DNA from: a virus
Direction: 5' to 3' (one strand)
DNA: 64,000 nt
Virus record (IMG/VR): IMGVR_UViG_3300021338_000004
Coordinates: 1 to 64,000 of that record
A program made the position numbers and the translations under genes. Of this stretch, positions 1 to 9,557 are shown piece by piece (positions within the stretch are counted from its first letter, which is position 1; each line of letters opens with the position of its first letter). Below the pieces are notes generated by a model. The model was not told where the DNA came from, did no database searches, and worked only from the letters and a program-made list of their open reading frames with translations.

Positions 1-2
1 TG

Positions 3-185
3 GGCGACAGTAATGGCCTGCCTCTGGAAAAGCCGACGCTGCAGGAAATGGTTGATGCAAATGCGTATATGGCAAAGCTAAACGACATCGACACTGAGGA
101 AGGCTCAGCCACCCCTCATGCATCCTTTCCAATGTTTGATGAGGATTCGATCGTTAAAGCCTTTCTGGCAATGCACGCAAATTAA
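3..185 (+). CDS. 3' end of a hypothetical protein, truncated by the window edge
   Basis: Open frame GDSNGLPLEKPTLQEMV...FLAMHAN* ending just before the RBS of the next gene. Confidence 0.5.
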   Translation, partial: GDSNGLPLEKPTLQEMVDANAYMAKLNDIDTEEGSATPHASFPMFDEDSIVKAFLAMHAN

Positions 186-196
186 AAGGGGCCGGC

Positions 197-550
197 ATGC
201 GACACGAAAAGCCCTATTTTTGTCCGCTAATGAAGGTGTACTTTCTGAAAATCCAGTCAGGCGAGCAAAGCTGCGAGATACGCCCCGTTCGCCGTGGCTG
301 GAACCAGAATAACATTTACCCAGGAAGAGAAATTACATTCTCCAATGGGTATGGAAAAAATGGCCGGGTCACCAAAAGGATCCGCAAGACCGAAAAAACA
401 AAATGCTTGAGCTCTATTGGTATTGAGCAATGGCACATCGATGCTGTACTGAAGATATATGGCTCCTCAAGCGATACAGAATGGCTTGTGGCACATATTG
501 ACGACCAGCAGCACCAACTTCAGACGGGAGTGAATCCAAACCATGGATGA
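197..550 (+). CDS. ASCH/PUA-like domain protein
   Basis: YFLKIQSGEQSCEIRP...PGREITFSNGYG resembles the ASCH GxKxxExR motif. Confidence 0.55.
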   Translation: MRHEKPYFCPLMKVYFLKIQSGEQSCEIRPVRRGWNQNNIYPGREITFSNGYGKNGRVTKRIRKTEKTKCLSSIGIEQWHIDAVLKIYGSSSDTEWLVAHIDDQQHQLQTGVNPNHG

Positions 551-935
551 CATCATCAATCGACACCCGGTAAACAAGCAATCAGCTATAGTTACCAGTC
601 AAGGGGAGTGCTATACCCCAAACAAGAAGATTCAGACATCTGATTCAGACACCCCTCTGAAGACTGCGCCATTGCCTCAAAAGCCTGGGCGCAATTTTCT
701 GGATTTGACGGGTGTGCGTCGCGGACGACTAACTGTCATAGGCTTATCGGCTGATCAAAATAACCGGTGGGTGGCTCGCTGTGATTGCGGCACGTATACA
801 CTAAGAACCGCTCGCGCCATTAAGAATCCTGCCAACACTCAGGATCGATGTGAGCACTGTCGCCACCTTGCATTCCTTAAGCGGGAAGAATTTTACCGGC
901 GCACAGGCAAGAACAGGGATATCAAAGATTTCTGA
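543..935 (+). CDS. Phage Cys-containing protein (domain usually N-terminal to HNH/AP2 proteins)
   Basis: DLTGVRRGRLTVIG...WVARCDCG...CEHC. Confidence 0.55.
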   Translation: MDDIINRHPVNKQSAIVTSQGECYTPNKKIQTSDSDTPLKTAPLPQKPGRNFLDLTGVRRGRLTVIGLSADQNNRWVARCDCGTYTLRTARAIKNPANTQDRCEHCRHLAFLKREEFYRRTGKNRDIKDF

Positions 936-960
936 TCAGAACCGCCCTGATTTCCATTGT

Positions 961-989
961 TTTACAAACTGCAGGAATTAGGGTTTAAT
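961..989 (+). promoter_or_regulatory. sigma70-like promoter for the rep leader
   Basis: TTTACA-N17-TTTAAT, about 280 nt upstream of the rep start. Confidence 0.5.
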
Positions 990-1049
990 TTGACGTTAAA
1001 TGTCGGTAGTTATTGATAAAAACAACTCTAAGATCAGTTTCGACCAGGC

Positions 1050-1125
1050 AAAAGAAAAGGCCGCCGAGGCGACCTTTTCGAAATGATTGCTTCATCTTCG
1101 CTAACAACTTAGATGAAGCGGCGAC
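1050..1125 (-). ncRNA. Putative antisense copy-control RNA (CopA/Inc-like)
   Basis: Two hairpins in the rep leader (1089-1119 and 1054-1079); the second has its U-tract only on the minus strand. Confidence 0.5.
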
Positions 1126-1268
1126 TGAAAGTTTTACCAGAACTTTCGGTCAAGACAGTAAGACTCAACCATGCGCTCCAATCGACATGAATAGAATATG
1201 ACTGCTTAGGCAATTCTATTCAGCGTCAGCGCTATTTGCAACTTTTTGAATAGTAAAAGTGCTAGAAA

Positions 1269-2228
1269 ATGGATAGTTTGCCAACAGAAAACCGCGTACA
1301 GGTTCGGGATTTCGACCCATCTATACACGATTTAAACCAGATAACCTTGTACCAGGGGCGCAAGCCGTATGCGTACAAGGGCCTCCATCTCAAGACTTCC
1401 AATCGTCGCTACAATGACGACCAGGAAGGCTATCTTGCAGCCTTTGCCAGTCATGTTATAGCCCACAGATCAGAGCAAGCCGGCTATGATATCCCTGCTC
1501 AGCAGCAAGACCTTATCAACGCGGTCACTGAGTACTGGGACAATCCCGACATCTGCCCGGAACTGGCATACCACCTGAAGCGAAACAAGAATGGGCGCTA
1601 CCGACTGAAGCGCAGTGAACTTCGCTTCATGCAATGCAAGATCATGATGCTGCTAATCGCCCATACAGATTTCGGAACATGGCAAGTCGGCACACCGATG
1701 TACAAGTATGACAATGGCTTCATACATACCAGCGTGCGAGATTTGGCCGAGGTGGCGCTGGAAGTCACAGACCTTGGTGATATCACCAGCTCGTTTAAAG
1801 AGGCATGGCGTGACCTGTCACGCTCAGGATTCCTGACGCAAATACGAAATAGCGTTTTGGATGAATCGGGCCACTTCTGGAGCAGGCCTGCTACAAAGGT
1901 GGTTACACGCCGCCTGGTACTCCAACTGACTATGTCAGAAGCCAAGTTATGCGAATTAGAAGCATGGTCCACGGCTCGCATACGCGCACAGAGAGCTTCA
2001 TGGAAGAAATCCCACAGTCGCCAGGCTGATGCGCAGAAGCAGCGTCAATCAGGCTTCTGGCGCATGCTGATGCGCGACAAGGGCCATGCCCGCGACACGC
2101 TGAAGCTCATAGGTTCAGAACTCAAGAAACTATCATCCAGTCTTAAGTCCAGGATCCCGGACAAACCCCCGTCTTGGTATAGATCGATCATCGATCAGCA
2201 TCACCCGTGGAGAAAGCAGCCGGCATAG
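1269..2228 (+). CDS. repA: Plasmid replication initiator, IncFII RepA-like
   Basis: KRSELR..LLIAHTDFGTWQVGTP..SVRDLAE..AWRDLSRSGFL..PATKVVT pattern; structured leader upstream and DnaA boxes downstream. Confidence 0.65.
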   Translation: MDSLPTENRVQVRDFDPSIHDLNQITLYQGRKPYAYKGLHLKTSNRRYNDDQEGYLAAFASHVIAHRSEQAGYDIPAQQQDLINAVTEYWDNPDICPELAYHLKRNKNGRYRLKRSELRFMQCKIMMLLIAHTDFGTWQVGTPMYKYDNGFIHTSVRDLAEVALEVTDLGDITSSFKEAWRDLSRSGFLTQIRNSVLDESGHFWSRPATKVVTRRLVLQLTMSEAKLCELEAWSTARIRAQRASWKKSHSRQADAQKQRQSGFWRMLMRDKGHARDTLKLIGSELKKLSSSLKSRIPDKPPSWYRSIIDQHHPWRKQPA

Positions 2229-2760
2229 CGCCGGACGTCTTCCTTTTGCCTAAAGACGCCGATCGCGTTCCACTTTTTACATTTTCTTAGCCTGCCTTCG
2301 CAAAAAAACCAGCGCACCGCCCCCCCTTCCTGCGCCCTCCCCTCCCTAAATCAATGTTCCAGCCTCTAGGATCGGCCCTAAAAAATTTCCCATGGGAAAA
2401 AACGCCCTTAAAAAACACTTCGAATAAATTAAGTCGATGGTTTTTTGAATATGTAATCCGCCTTGATTAAAAGTCAGCAGTACCTAAGAGAAGTCACCCA
2501 TACCCCAAAGAAGTCATTCGGCTTTCATTTAAGGCAGACCTCACAGTAATACTCTGGGGATACATCAGTTACACATCAGTAATTCATCTGTCACGCCGTT
2601 GGGTATGCGCGGCAAAAAAGCGAAGTATCCACAGATTTAGTGGATAAGCCTGTGGAACACGGCTATAACAATGCAATCTACATAGGAACGATGGGCGTTT
2701 ATATTTCCGCTAATAGATTGTTAACAGGTAAATGTGAGGGAACAATGGTCCATACAGGCG
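2229..2760. other. Putative replication origin downstream of rep
   Basis: Non-coding; DnaA-box-like GTATCCACA (2625-2633) and an opposed AGTGGATAA box near 2640; short repeats ACATCAGT and AGAAGTCA. Confidence 0.6.
2386..2399. promoter_or_regulatory. parS-like palindrome TTTCCCATGGGAAA (copy 1)
   Basis: Perfect 14-bp palindrome, five exact copies in the window. Confidence 0.7.
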
Positions 2761-2802
2761 ACGTATGGGCCATTGCTTGGGGTGAAGGGGAAGGGTGAAA
2801 GG

Positions 2803-3807
2803 CTATTCGTAATACCCGTACGTGGGTGCTGAAGGGAGGTCATCCACTCCTTCGGAAGGATCAAATTGACTCACCTTGGGCATACCCCCTGGGGTGCTTA
2901 CGATGGGGAGAGTTGTAGCATTAATGCCGACTGCGCTCTCCAACAATTTTTTAAAGCCGATCAAATCATCCGCATTTTCAGGGTTGGCCAGGCTATCCAG
3001 GATATCGTCTGGGATGAATAGCGCGCACTCCTTTGCCATGTCTGCAAGCAAGCCGGAACGACGACTGTCGCGACCCTGTGCAGCGTCAAGCAATGCCTTA
3101 GTTTCCTCAAGCTCAGCCATCACTTCTGCATTAATCAGCATCTGGCCTTCCAGGCCGGTCCGGTAGTGTTCGGCTTCATTCGCGCTGCTGGCATAAAAAG
3201 CCTGCAATGCACCGGTAGCCACGCCTTCGTCCACACCCAGGTCAACCATGCTATCGAGGACCAGCTGGGCGCGTTCAGCCTCACTGTCCTGTGCTGCACT
3301 GTCCAATACGTATGGACGATTAGAGGAGAACAGCGGCTGCCTTACATAGTCAAAGCCCGCCAAATCGCTGATCAACGTATTCCCTCTGTATACGCCGCCA
3401 TCACACGCCCAGGAAAAGCCCCCGATACCGCTTTCGAACAAGCTCAGCGTTTTTCGACCTTCCAGGTTGTCGGCGATCTCCTCAACATGCGTCAAATTGC
3501 CGTCATCATCAATATCAATTGCAGTACATACACATGCAGGAACCGCATCGACCAAGATATGCCCGCCACCAGGCGTTGGAACCATGACCTTTTCGTCCAG
3601 GTGCATTTTGCCGGCATGCTCACGCAGGTAATGCCCGAAATATCCCACCAACTCACGCTTGCGTAGTCTCTCTTGCACAGCGGGGCTCTGAATTACCTTG
3701 CGGACATTATCCACCAGGTAATTGCGTTGTTTGCTGGTGGTGTGTTCTCGCTGCTGATCCAGGATGTTAAATGTGACCTTGAGTGTTTTGAGTGGTTTAG
3801 GCTTCAT
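2803..3807 (-). CDS. pro: Prohead protease (P1 Pro-like)
   Basis: GYFGHYLRE, GGFSWAC and GFDYV motifs; adjacent to portal. Confidence 0.85.
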   Translation of the reverse strand: MKPKPLKTLKVTFNILDQQREHTTSKQRNYLVDNVRKVIQSPAVQERLRKRELVGYFGHYLREHAGKMHLDEKVMVPTPGGGHILVDAVPACVCTAIDIDDDGNLTHVEEIADNLEGRKTLSLFESGIGGFSWACDGGVYRGNTLISDLAGFDYVRQPLFSSNRPYVLDSAAQDSEAERAQLVLDSMVDLGVDEGVATGALQAFYASSANEAEHYRTGLEGQMLINAEVMAELEETKALLDAAQGRDSRRSGLLADMAKECALFIPDDILDSLANPENADDLIGFKKLLESAVGINATTLPIVSTPGGMPKVSQFDPSEGVDDLPSAPTYGYYE

Positions 3808-5500
3808 GTCGACCCTCCATAAGATCGGCCACTGTGTTGTAGATGATGGTTTTAATCTCTTCCCCTGCAGCGCTATCCATCACCTGATCGTCATCGTCCG
3901 TTTCAGGCTTATTGCGATTGAATAGCTGTTTAAAGTCATCCTCCTTCATCTTCAGCATTTCAGTGAAGATGTGGTTTGAAACGTCTGGCACAGAGAAATT
4001 CTTCCATTCGGGATCCAGTATTTGCATGAGCGTAACAACAGACGTTGCAAAGTTGATTCGGCTTTCGCGGGCGCTGGCTTCCTCTTGCTCAATGGCGGTA
4101 TTGAGGGAGTTGAAGAGAATCTTCCAGGGGCGCGTTTCAGGCGTGTAAATCTTGCCGTGCTTGGCGAATACATGGATCTCAATCAGGCGATGCATCGCGT
4201 TTAAGACAGCCTGGCGTATCAGATTTGCCTTAATGGCTGCCACAACAGACATTCGGAAAAAGCCGCCTTCGCCCAATCCGCCTGCCATATCGTCCGTGAA
4301 TCCGAGTAAGGATTTATCCACGCCTAGCGCAGATGCCAACCGGTTAACGTGAAAGTTAACGTCTTCAATTGCCGATACGTCTACAGATGAGTCTTCGGTA
4401 TGAATATCCAGGCGAGCAGATCCCGTAGACATGATCGGAATCATGTGTGTATTGACGGTATTTACGTACCCCTTACTGAGGGCGCGTTTTGCTGCCGCTT
4501 CGGCTTTTCGGCGAATCTGAGAGGCCAATGTGTTGTAGTACTTGGCCATGCTGGTCGGGTCTTCTTTGCCGATATTGACGCCAACAAACCGGTCTTTTTT
4601 GGATGCATTTCGGCGTGCCAGGTTAAGTGCAAGCACCGCCTCAATTAGATCTTTCCAGGGGTCATAGGCCGTTTGTATCAGCGAGGATCCGTAGTTCTGT
4701 GTTTCGATAGGCTCTTCGTTTTCAAAATCGTCACTATCAATATCGAAATCAACTGGGCGCATTCTGACAGGTTCTATATCGGTGCGAACGGTCCAGCGAG
4801 GTATTTTTACCGGGACAAATTTCCAAGGCTGCATCAAGGGCACCATGCCACGATCTCTGGCTTGCTGGTAGCGGCTGGTATATCCCGCCAGCACGCCAGC
4901 ACGCTCATATTCTTTGACGTGGCGGGGATGGGTGTAGAAATCATGCCGGATATTAACAATCCCTTTGCCCTGTTTTACGTATGGGCGAAGGTAGGTAACA
5001 CCGAGCTTTGCGGCTTGGTATCCCCAAGCGGCGGCCTGCGCGTTAAAGATGTCTTTGAATGTGTTTCGGATATCTTCCACTACCGGATTGCTCTCATCGC
5101 CAGTAGATTCGATGAACACAACTTCCCCGGAATCTGTTCGGGCGGACAGGGCGTGCTGAACCAGCATGTTGAGGGCAGAATCTATCGTGGGATCCCGGGA
5201 CATCACCTCTAACGTCAGGTAGCCCTCTATGCGACCTAACGGAAATCCTTCGATCAGTTTTTCTCTATCTTCTTTATCGTCAGGTGTTGCACCGCCTGAC
5301 AGGTCGTTCAGATGCGAAACAATCTTATCTAACGAACTGTCAGGGCCGAACAGGGAGTCGAAGTCGTTCGTTGCGGCCAAGTTTTCGGATGAAAGATCCT
5401 GGTCGTCGGGCGAAAACCCAGGGAACAGGCTTGAGAGCTTATCTATCCAGCCGCGTTTTTTGGTTTTTGCTTTTGATGTGTCTTCGGTCATTGGTCGCAC
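3797..5500 (-). CDS. prt: Portal protein (P1 Prt-like)
   Basis: YLTLEVMSRDPTIDSAL, ETQNYGSSL, GGLGEGGFFRMS. Confidence 0.9.
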   Translation of the reverse strand: MRPMTEDTSKAKTKKRGWIDKLSSLFPGFSPDDQDLSSENLAATNDFDSLFGPDSSLDKIVSHLNDLSGGATPDDKEDREKLIEGFPLGRIEGYLTLEVMSRDPTIDSALNMLVQHALSARTDSGEVVFIESTGDESNPVVEDIRNTFKDIFNAQAAAWGYQAAKLGVTYLRPYVKQGKGIVNIRHDFYTHPRHVKEYERAGVLAGYTSRYQQARDRGMVPLMQPWKFVPVKIPRWTVRTDIEPVRMRPVDFDIDSDDFENEEPIETQNYGSSLIQTAYDPWKDLIEAVLALNLARRNASKKDRFVGVNIGKEDPTSMAKYYNTLASQIRRKAEAAAKRALSKGYVNTVNTHMIPIMSTGSARLDIHTEDSSVDVSAIEDVNFHVNRLASALGVDKSLLGFTDDMAGGLGEGGFFRMSVVAAIKANLIRQAVLNAMHRLIEIHVFAKHGKIYTPETRPWKILFNSLNTAIEQEEASARESRINFATSVVTLMQILDPEWKNFSVPDVSNHIFTEMLKMKEDDFKQLFNRNKPETDDDDQVMDSAAGEEIKTIIYNTVADLMEGRHEA

Positions 5501-5517
5501 CCATAAATTAGGGTTTG

Positions 5518-5548
5518 ACTATATCCGGCAGGGAAGGCGAGGCGCTTC
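5518..5548 (-). promoter_or_regulatory. Putative late promoter (prt)
   Basis: GAAGCG-N19-TATAGT. Confidence 0.5.
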
Positions 5549-5669
5549 TAAAAAAGTTTTGTGTATGAGTGAGGCGGGCGGAAAGTGCCTTGCATGATCA
5601 GGGGGGTGCTCCTGGCTCAGCCATTTGGCTTGGTGCTCCCTGACTAGTCCCGATCATGCAAGGGCTTAA

Positions 5670-6101
5670 TTAATGGCTGAAAATATTGTTCACATCTTTT
5701 TGAATGGCAAGCTCTTCCATGGCTTCATCCACCAGCACGAACTCTATAGAACCATCTGAGGATTCGAGTATGTGTCTCTGATCCATCTGGGCGCCGCGGT
5801 CTAACTGTGCCTCGCTGTATGACCAGGCAGCCAGCAGGTTTAGTTCAACCTGCTCATACTGCATAGATTCAAGCCACTCTGCATCAACATGGTTTTCAAA
5901 CCAATCAAGTTCTGCATCGATAATGGCTTGCTTGAGCGGCCACCAGTAGGGTCCATACGCGCGATAGCGGAGCGGGTCGCGCTTCAGTAGCGTAACCACA
6001 CCATTTAAAAACTTACCCTTAAATTCTTCGATGGTCTGACTTTCGGTTGCTTCCTGCAGAAGCGGACTAAGCTGTTCCGGTGTGGGCTTTATGATACTCA
6101 T
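5670..6101 (-). CDS. ulx: Ulx-like protein (DarB packaging helper)
   Basis: IKPT..PLRYRAYGPYWWPLK..LLAAWSYS resembles P1 Ulx. Confidence 0.8.
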   Translation of the reverse strand: MSIIKPTPEQLSPLLQEATESQTIEEFKGKFLNGVVTLLKRDPLRYRAYGPYWWPLKQAIIDAELDWFENHVDAEWLESMQYEQVELNLLAAWSYSEAQLDRGAQMDQRHILESSDGSIEFVLVDEAMEELAIQKDVNNIFSH

Positions 6102-6131
6102 GTCTTGAATGCCTCGTATTGATTGCCCGCC

Positions 6132-6162
6132 AGTCTATGGCGGCTCAATGATCGAGCGCAGC
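6132..6162 (-). promoter_or_regulatory. Putative late promoter (ulx)
   Basis: GCTGCG-N19-TAGACT. Confidence 0.5.
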
Positions 6163-6190
6163 AATAATTGTCTATTGGTGCGCGCTGTAA

Positions 6191-6208
6191 AATTTCCCAT
6201 GGGAAATT
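6191..6208. promoter_or_regulatory. parS-like palindrome (copy 2, extended to 18 bp)
   Basis: AATTTCCCATGGGAAATT. Confidence 0.7.
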
Positions 6209-6209
6209 A

Positions 6210-6536
6210 TTAATCATCGATTTTCCATTCTTTGATTTTCTGGGTTGTGGCGCTGTCTTCGTTCCTGGCCTTTTCTATATCGTATTCCGATTGCCATTTC
6301 ATCCAATCTTCCGCGGTGTATCGGTGGCCCGTTGCCTGCTCCAGTCGTACCGCCATGGAAGGTGTCATGTCTGAAGCGCCACTCACAAGACGGCTTATCG
6401 TTGATGGACTTACACCTAAATCGCTGGCGGCCTTATTTATCCCGAGCCCAGCAGGAATGAGAACGAGGTTCTGGAGGCGCTTGCCTGGGTGCTCTCTCTT
6501 ATATGACAAATTGATCATCTCTTTTTGTGATTTCAT
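6210..6536 (-). CDS. higA: HigA/VapI-family XRE HTH protein (orphan antitoxin-like)
   Basis: HPGKRL..AASDLGVSPSTISRLVSG..MTPSMAVRLEQA..WMKWQSEYD; no adjacent HigB. Confidence 0.8.
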   Translation of the reverse strand: MKSQKEMINLSYKREHPGKRLQNLVLIPAGLGINKAASDLGVSPSTISRLVSGASDMTPSMAVRLEQATGHRYTAEDWMKWQSEYDIEKARNEDSATTQKIKEWKIDD

Positions 6537-6541
6537 ATAGT

Positions 6542-6593
6542 GCAATATATTTAAGTATTGCGTATTGCGCAATAGGAAATACCTGTATATATT
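6542..6593 (+). promoter_or_regulatory. Island promoter with overlapping palindromic operators
   Basis: TTGCGC-N17-TATATT; palindrome TATTGCGCAATA (6563-6574) over the -35; GCAATA-N8-TATTGC (6542-6561). Confidence 0.6.
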
Positions 6594-6667
6594 AAACCTA
6601 CACTACGCGGCAGCATGCTGCCAATCGAAAACGTCTGATTGTTGCAGGCAATAAAAGGGATTTAATC

Positions 6668-7120
6668 ATGGCTAATTCAGAATCAATCACATTCGAGGCA
6701 GCGTTGCGCGTCGCATTCTCCGATACATTTCGCGAATGCATGACGGACTTTATTCACCAGTGCGAGATGAACCATATCTCGAAAGGCGGACTCCGCCCAA
6801 GCATCGGCTTGCAGACAGGGATTGGCATTCTGATGTCTGTAAGCCGCTCCCAAGACTTAGCTCTGAAATATCTTGATGCGGTAGGCAATGTTGAGATCGA
6901 CTTGAATGGAGATATTGAGGATCAACTGGATCATCACTTCGATAAACATTTCGAAAGTTGCCCAGATAGTCCTATTGCCCACCTGGAGGATGACTCATAT
7001 CACCATGCTGCAGCTATTGCACGGCTAGTTGAGCATGTTCATGAGTACACCCAGCACACTGAATTGTACAAGGCTGTACAGCGCGATCCCGCGTTTCGCG
7101 TACGAGTGAAGGAGAAATAA
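6668..7120 (+). CDS. Acidic His-rich hypothetical protein
   Basis: 150-aa ORF with AAGGGA RBS; first gene of the island. Confidence 0.7.
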   Translation: MANSESITFEAALRVAFSDTFRECMTDFIHQCEMNHISKGGLRPSIGLQTGIGILMSVSRSQDLALKYLDAVGNVEIDLNGDIEDQLDHHFDKHFESCPDSPIAHLEDDSYHHAAAIARLVEHVHEYTQHTELYKAVQRDPAFRVRVKEK

Positions 7121-7124
7121 TACG

Positions 7125-7691
7125 ATGATCACCATTAAGAACGAACGTATTGCAGTCACTGTTTCGAAGGCGGCATTTGATGCCATCCTGAGCACAAAAA
7201 AGGACATCATCCACAAACACAGCAATGGCGATTCCTGCGTTGAAACTGCTCACGACCAGACGCGCGGTCACTTTCTTGATCGAGCAATGCGAGTGATCGG
7301 AAACACCAGCGAACTAAGTCTGATCAAAGATAACGAAGTCTCGGACGAGGAGGTCGAAGTCTTGGCACAGCAGATCGCGATACTGCGCTATTTGGATGAG
7401 CATGGGAAATACAGTGCGGATGAAACAATGATGCGTGGCTTAGGCGGGCACCGGATGTCCCTCGGGATGTCGCTAGACTGGTCGAATGCATTGAAAGCTG
7501 AAGTGTTTCAGAGCGATCTGGACGCCGCCAAACATTCTATTCTCACTATGCGAGAGACGGAGATGCGATACAGATCAGGACAATCAAACGGACACGGGAT
7601 GGTGATTGAAGTGATCGGAAGCCTCCCGGAACAAATTGGACTGTGCAGAGTGCAACGAAACCGCTTGTTAGCTAACGATTGTATTTTCTGA
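7125..7691 (+). CDS. Hypothetical protein
   Basis: 188-aa ORF with AAGGAG RBS, coupled to the previous gene. Confidence 0.7.
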   Translation: MITIKNERIAVTVSKAAFDAILSTKKDIIHKHSNGDSCVETAHDQTRGHFLDRAMRVIGNTSELSLIKDNEVSDEEVEVLAQQIAILRYLDEHGKYSADETMMRGLGGHRMSLGMSLDWSNALKAEVFQSDLDAAKHSILTMRETEMRYRSGQSNGHGMVIEVIGSLPEQIGLCRVQRNRLLANDCIF

Positions 7692-7749
7692 CCGGACACC
7701 CTAGACCTTGCCCCTAAAAACCAAAATCACGATTAGATAGGTGATAAAT

Positions 7750-8109
7750 ATGAAAAAGATTAGCTTTGAGGACTATGTATCAGACGTGCTCGACCTACAA
7801 GTAGGTTTAATGAGCGAAAAGCAGATTGCTGAGGCTCGCACTGGATACAACAAGTTATTTGCGCCGAAGCCTGTCGTTGCCAAACACAGACTGAGCAACG
7901 TCAAAGTAGCTGAACTGAGAAAGATGATTGAGCACTTCGTAAGTTCACAAAAAATCGCCATAGAGCGCAACAGTGATAAAGACTTAACTATTGTAAAAAC
8001 CTTCATCGCCGAAGCAGAAAAAGCACTGGCAGGTCGTGCAGAAAAAGCAGAGCTTCTGAAGCTAATTGATCTGAATAGCGAAGCAAGCCGCTCACTAGCT
8101 GCACAATAA
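7750..8109 (+). CDS. Hypothetical helical protein
   Basis: AGGTGA RBS before ATG at 7750. Confidence 0.65.
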   Translation: MKKISFEDYVSDVLDLQVGLMSEKQIAEARTGYNKLFAPKPVVAKHRLSNVKVAELRKMIEHFVSSQKIAIERNSDKDLTIVKTFIAEAEKALAGRAEKAELLKLIDLNSEASRSLAAQ

Positions 8110-8115
8110 AAGGAA

Positions 8116-8436
8116 ATGCACATGAAATTCAGGAAATTTATTGGCGGATGCGCACTAGCAGGAAAGCAAGTAGTCGCATACGACAGCGAATGCAAAGGCC
8201 AATCGATTGTTATCATTGCCGCCGAAACCGTCGGTGGTAATCCCGTTCGTTACCAAACTGAAAACGGCCTCGGCAAAAAAGAATGGCGGACAGTGAGTGA
8301 AAAGCGGCTAACGCTTGATGAATATGATGATTTTATCGACACAGTGAGTGAAAACGCATCCAGCAGCCAAGATGCAGGCACTGTGGTTCGCGCGCTTGTT
8401 GAATTAGGATACCCAAGCGAGTTGTTCCACAACTAA
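8116..8436 (+). CDS. Hypothetical protein
   Basis: AAGGA RBS; followed by a terminator. Confidence 0.65.
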   Translation: MHMKFRKFIGGCALAGKQVVAYDSECKGQSIVIIAAETVGGNPVRYQTENGLGKKEWRTVSEKRLTLDEYDDFIDTVSENASSSQDAGTVVRALVELGYPSELFHN

Positions 8437-8438
8437 CC

Positions 8439-8467
8439 AAAAAGGCTCTGGAAATCAGGGCCTTTTT
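8439..8467 (+). terminator. Intrinsic terminator
   Basis: AAAAAGGCTCTG..CAGGGCCTTTTT. Confidence 0.7.
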
Positions 8468-8522
8468 AATATCCGCTCAGTAATGAGTATCAGGAAGCAC
8501 CACAGACCGAGATTCGATCACT

Positions 8523-9506
8523 ATGACAAAGAATACCTCTCGCCCAGTTAATCATCTCAAAACCGCCAGTGAGATCTACCCCCGTGCGTGGAAACAATGC
8601 GACGAACTTAGAGGCATGCGAGGGCAATCACTCCCTCACTGGCCTGCATGGTGTTTCCTGCCACTGGCGGGCTGGTACTCCGTAGTGTCAGCAGACGCGG
8701 GACTCAACTCTCTGCCACCCTATCTAGCAGAGGATATATCCCGCCTAGCTGCACTCGGTGCCTGGCGTGTAACGCAGGGTATTTATCAATTTGACGAGGA
8801 TCTGCAACAAGCAATTTGCGACACCGGCATTTCAGGCGAGATCCCTGTCGATGTTCTACTGCGCCTACCGGAATGGTCGCTGTATATCGAAACACCGGGG
8901 ATGGAATGGGGTGGATCGGAACTGTACGGTTTCTGGGTGCATCTTGAGCACGACGCCAACACCGAGCGCAAAGAGCTGCGCCTGCTGCTGGATAATGAAG
9001 ATGCGTTGGAACCCGTAATTCTGCATCTGGGGCCGTGGACAGTGACCGAAGCGGTTGATCGGATGGCATCCGAAGCAAAGCGCAACGCTGAGATGCTTGC
9101 CGCCAATATGCCTGATATGGCGCATAGTGAGGACTGGGTGGCCGAACTAGCCACTCACGTCCAGCCGCTATTGGGGATGGTGCTATACCTGTGCAGTGAC
9201 GAACCAGAAGTGGTAGATCGCCGCGTTCCGGGAGCTCTACCGCAACGGCCACAGCCGAAACGCACAAAGAAAGGTTACCGACTGTTCCCGCCGAATGCGC
9301 CACGGCTTTGGAATGTAGGCGATGCATTAGGTGACGTGATTCGTAGTAGCCGCCGAGATGATTCACTTGCCGATAGCGAGCGAAAATCGCCGCGCCCTCA
9401 CCTACGTCGCGCACACTGGCACGGCTACTGGACCGGGCCACGCGAAGGCGAGCGTAAATTCATATACCGCTGGCTACCGCCTACACCAGTGGCCGCAACG
9501 GAGTAA
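8523..9506 (+). CDS. AcrVA2/FinQ-family protein
   Basis: LGAWRVTQGIYQFDE, LPEWSLYI, GFW, LYLCSDEP and the C-terminal RPHLRRAHWHGYWTG..RWLPP are collinear with AcrVA2 as recalled. Confidence 0.85.
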   Translation: MTKNTSRPVNHLKTASEIYPRAWKQCDELRGMRGQSLPHWPAWCFLPLAGWYSVVSADAGLNSLPPYLAEDISRLAALGAWRVTQGIYQFDEDLQQAICDTGISGEIPVDVLLRLPEWSLYIETPGMEWGGSELYGFWVHLEHDANTERKELRLLLDNEDALEPVILHLGPWTVTEAVDRMASEAKRNAEMLAANMPDMAHSEDWVAELATHVQPLLGMVLYLCSDEPEVVDRRVPGALPQRPQPKRTKKGYRLFPPNAPRLWNVGDALGDVIRSSRRDDSLADSERKSPRPHLRRAHWHGYWTGPREGERKFIYRWLPPTPVAATE

Positions 9507-9557
9507 CAGATGCCCCCAAACGATTCGATGCTGCAGCAAATAAGCCTATTTTAAGAA

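Noticed and set aside
5670-6101. HigB toxin partner of the HigA-like gene
   Set aside because: Sequence matches Ulx, has its own promoter and shows no RelE-type features
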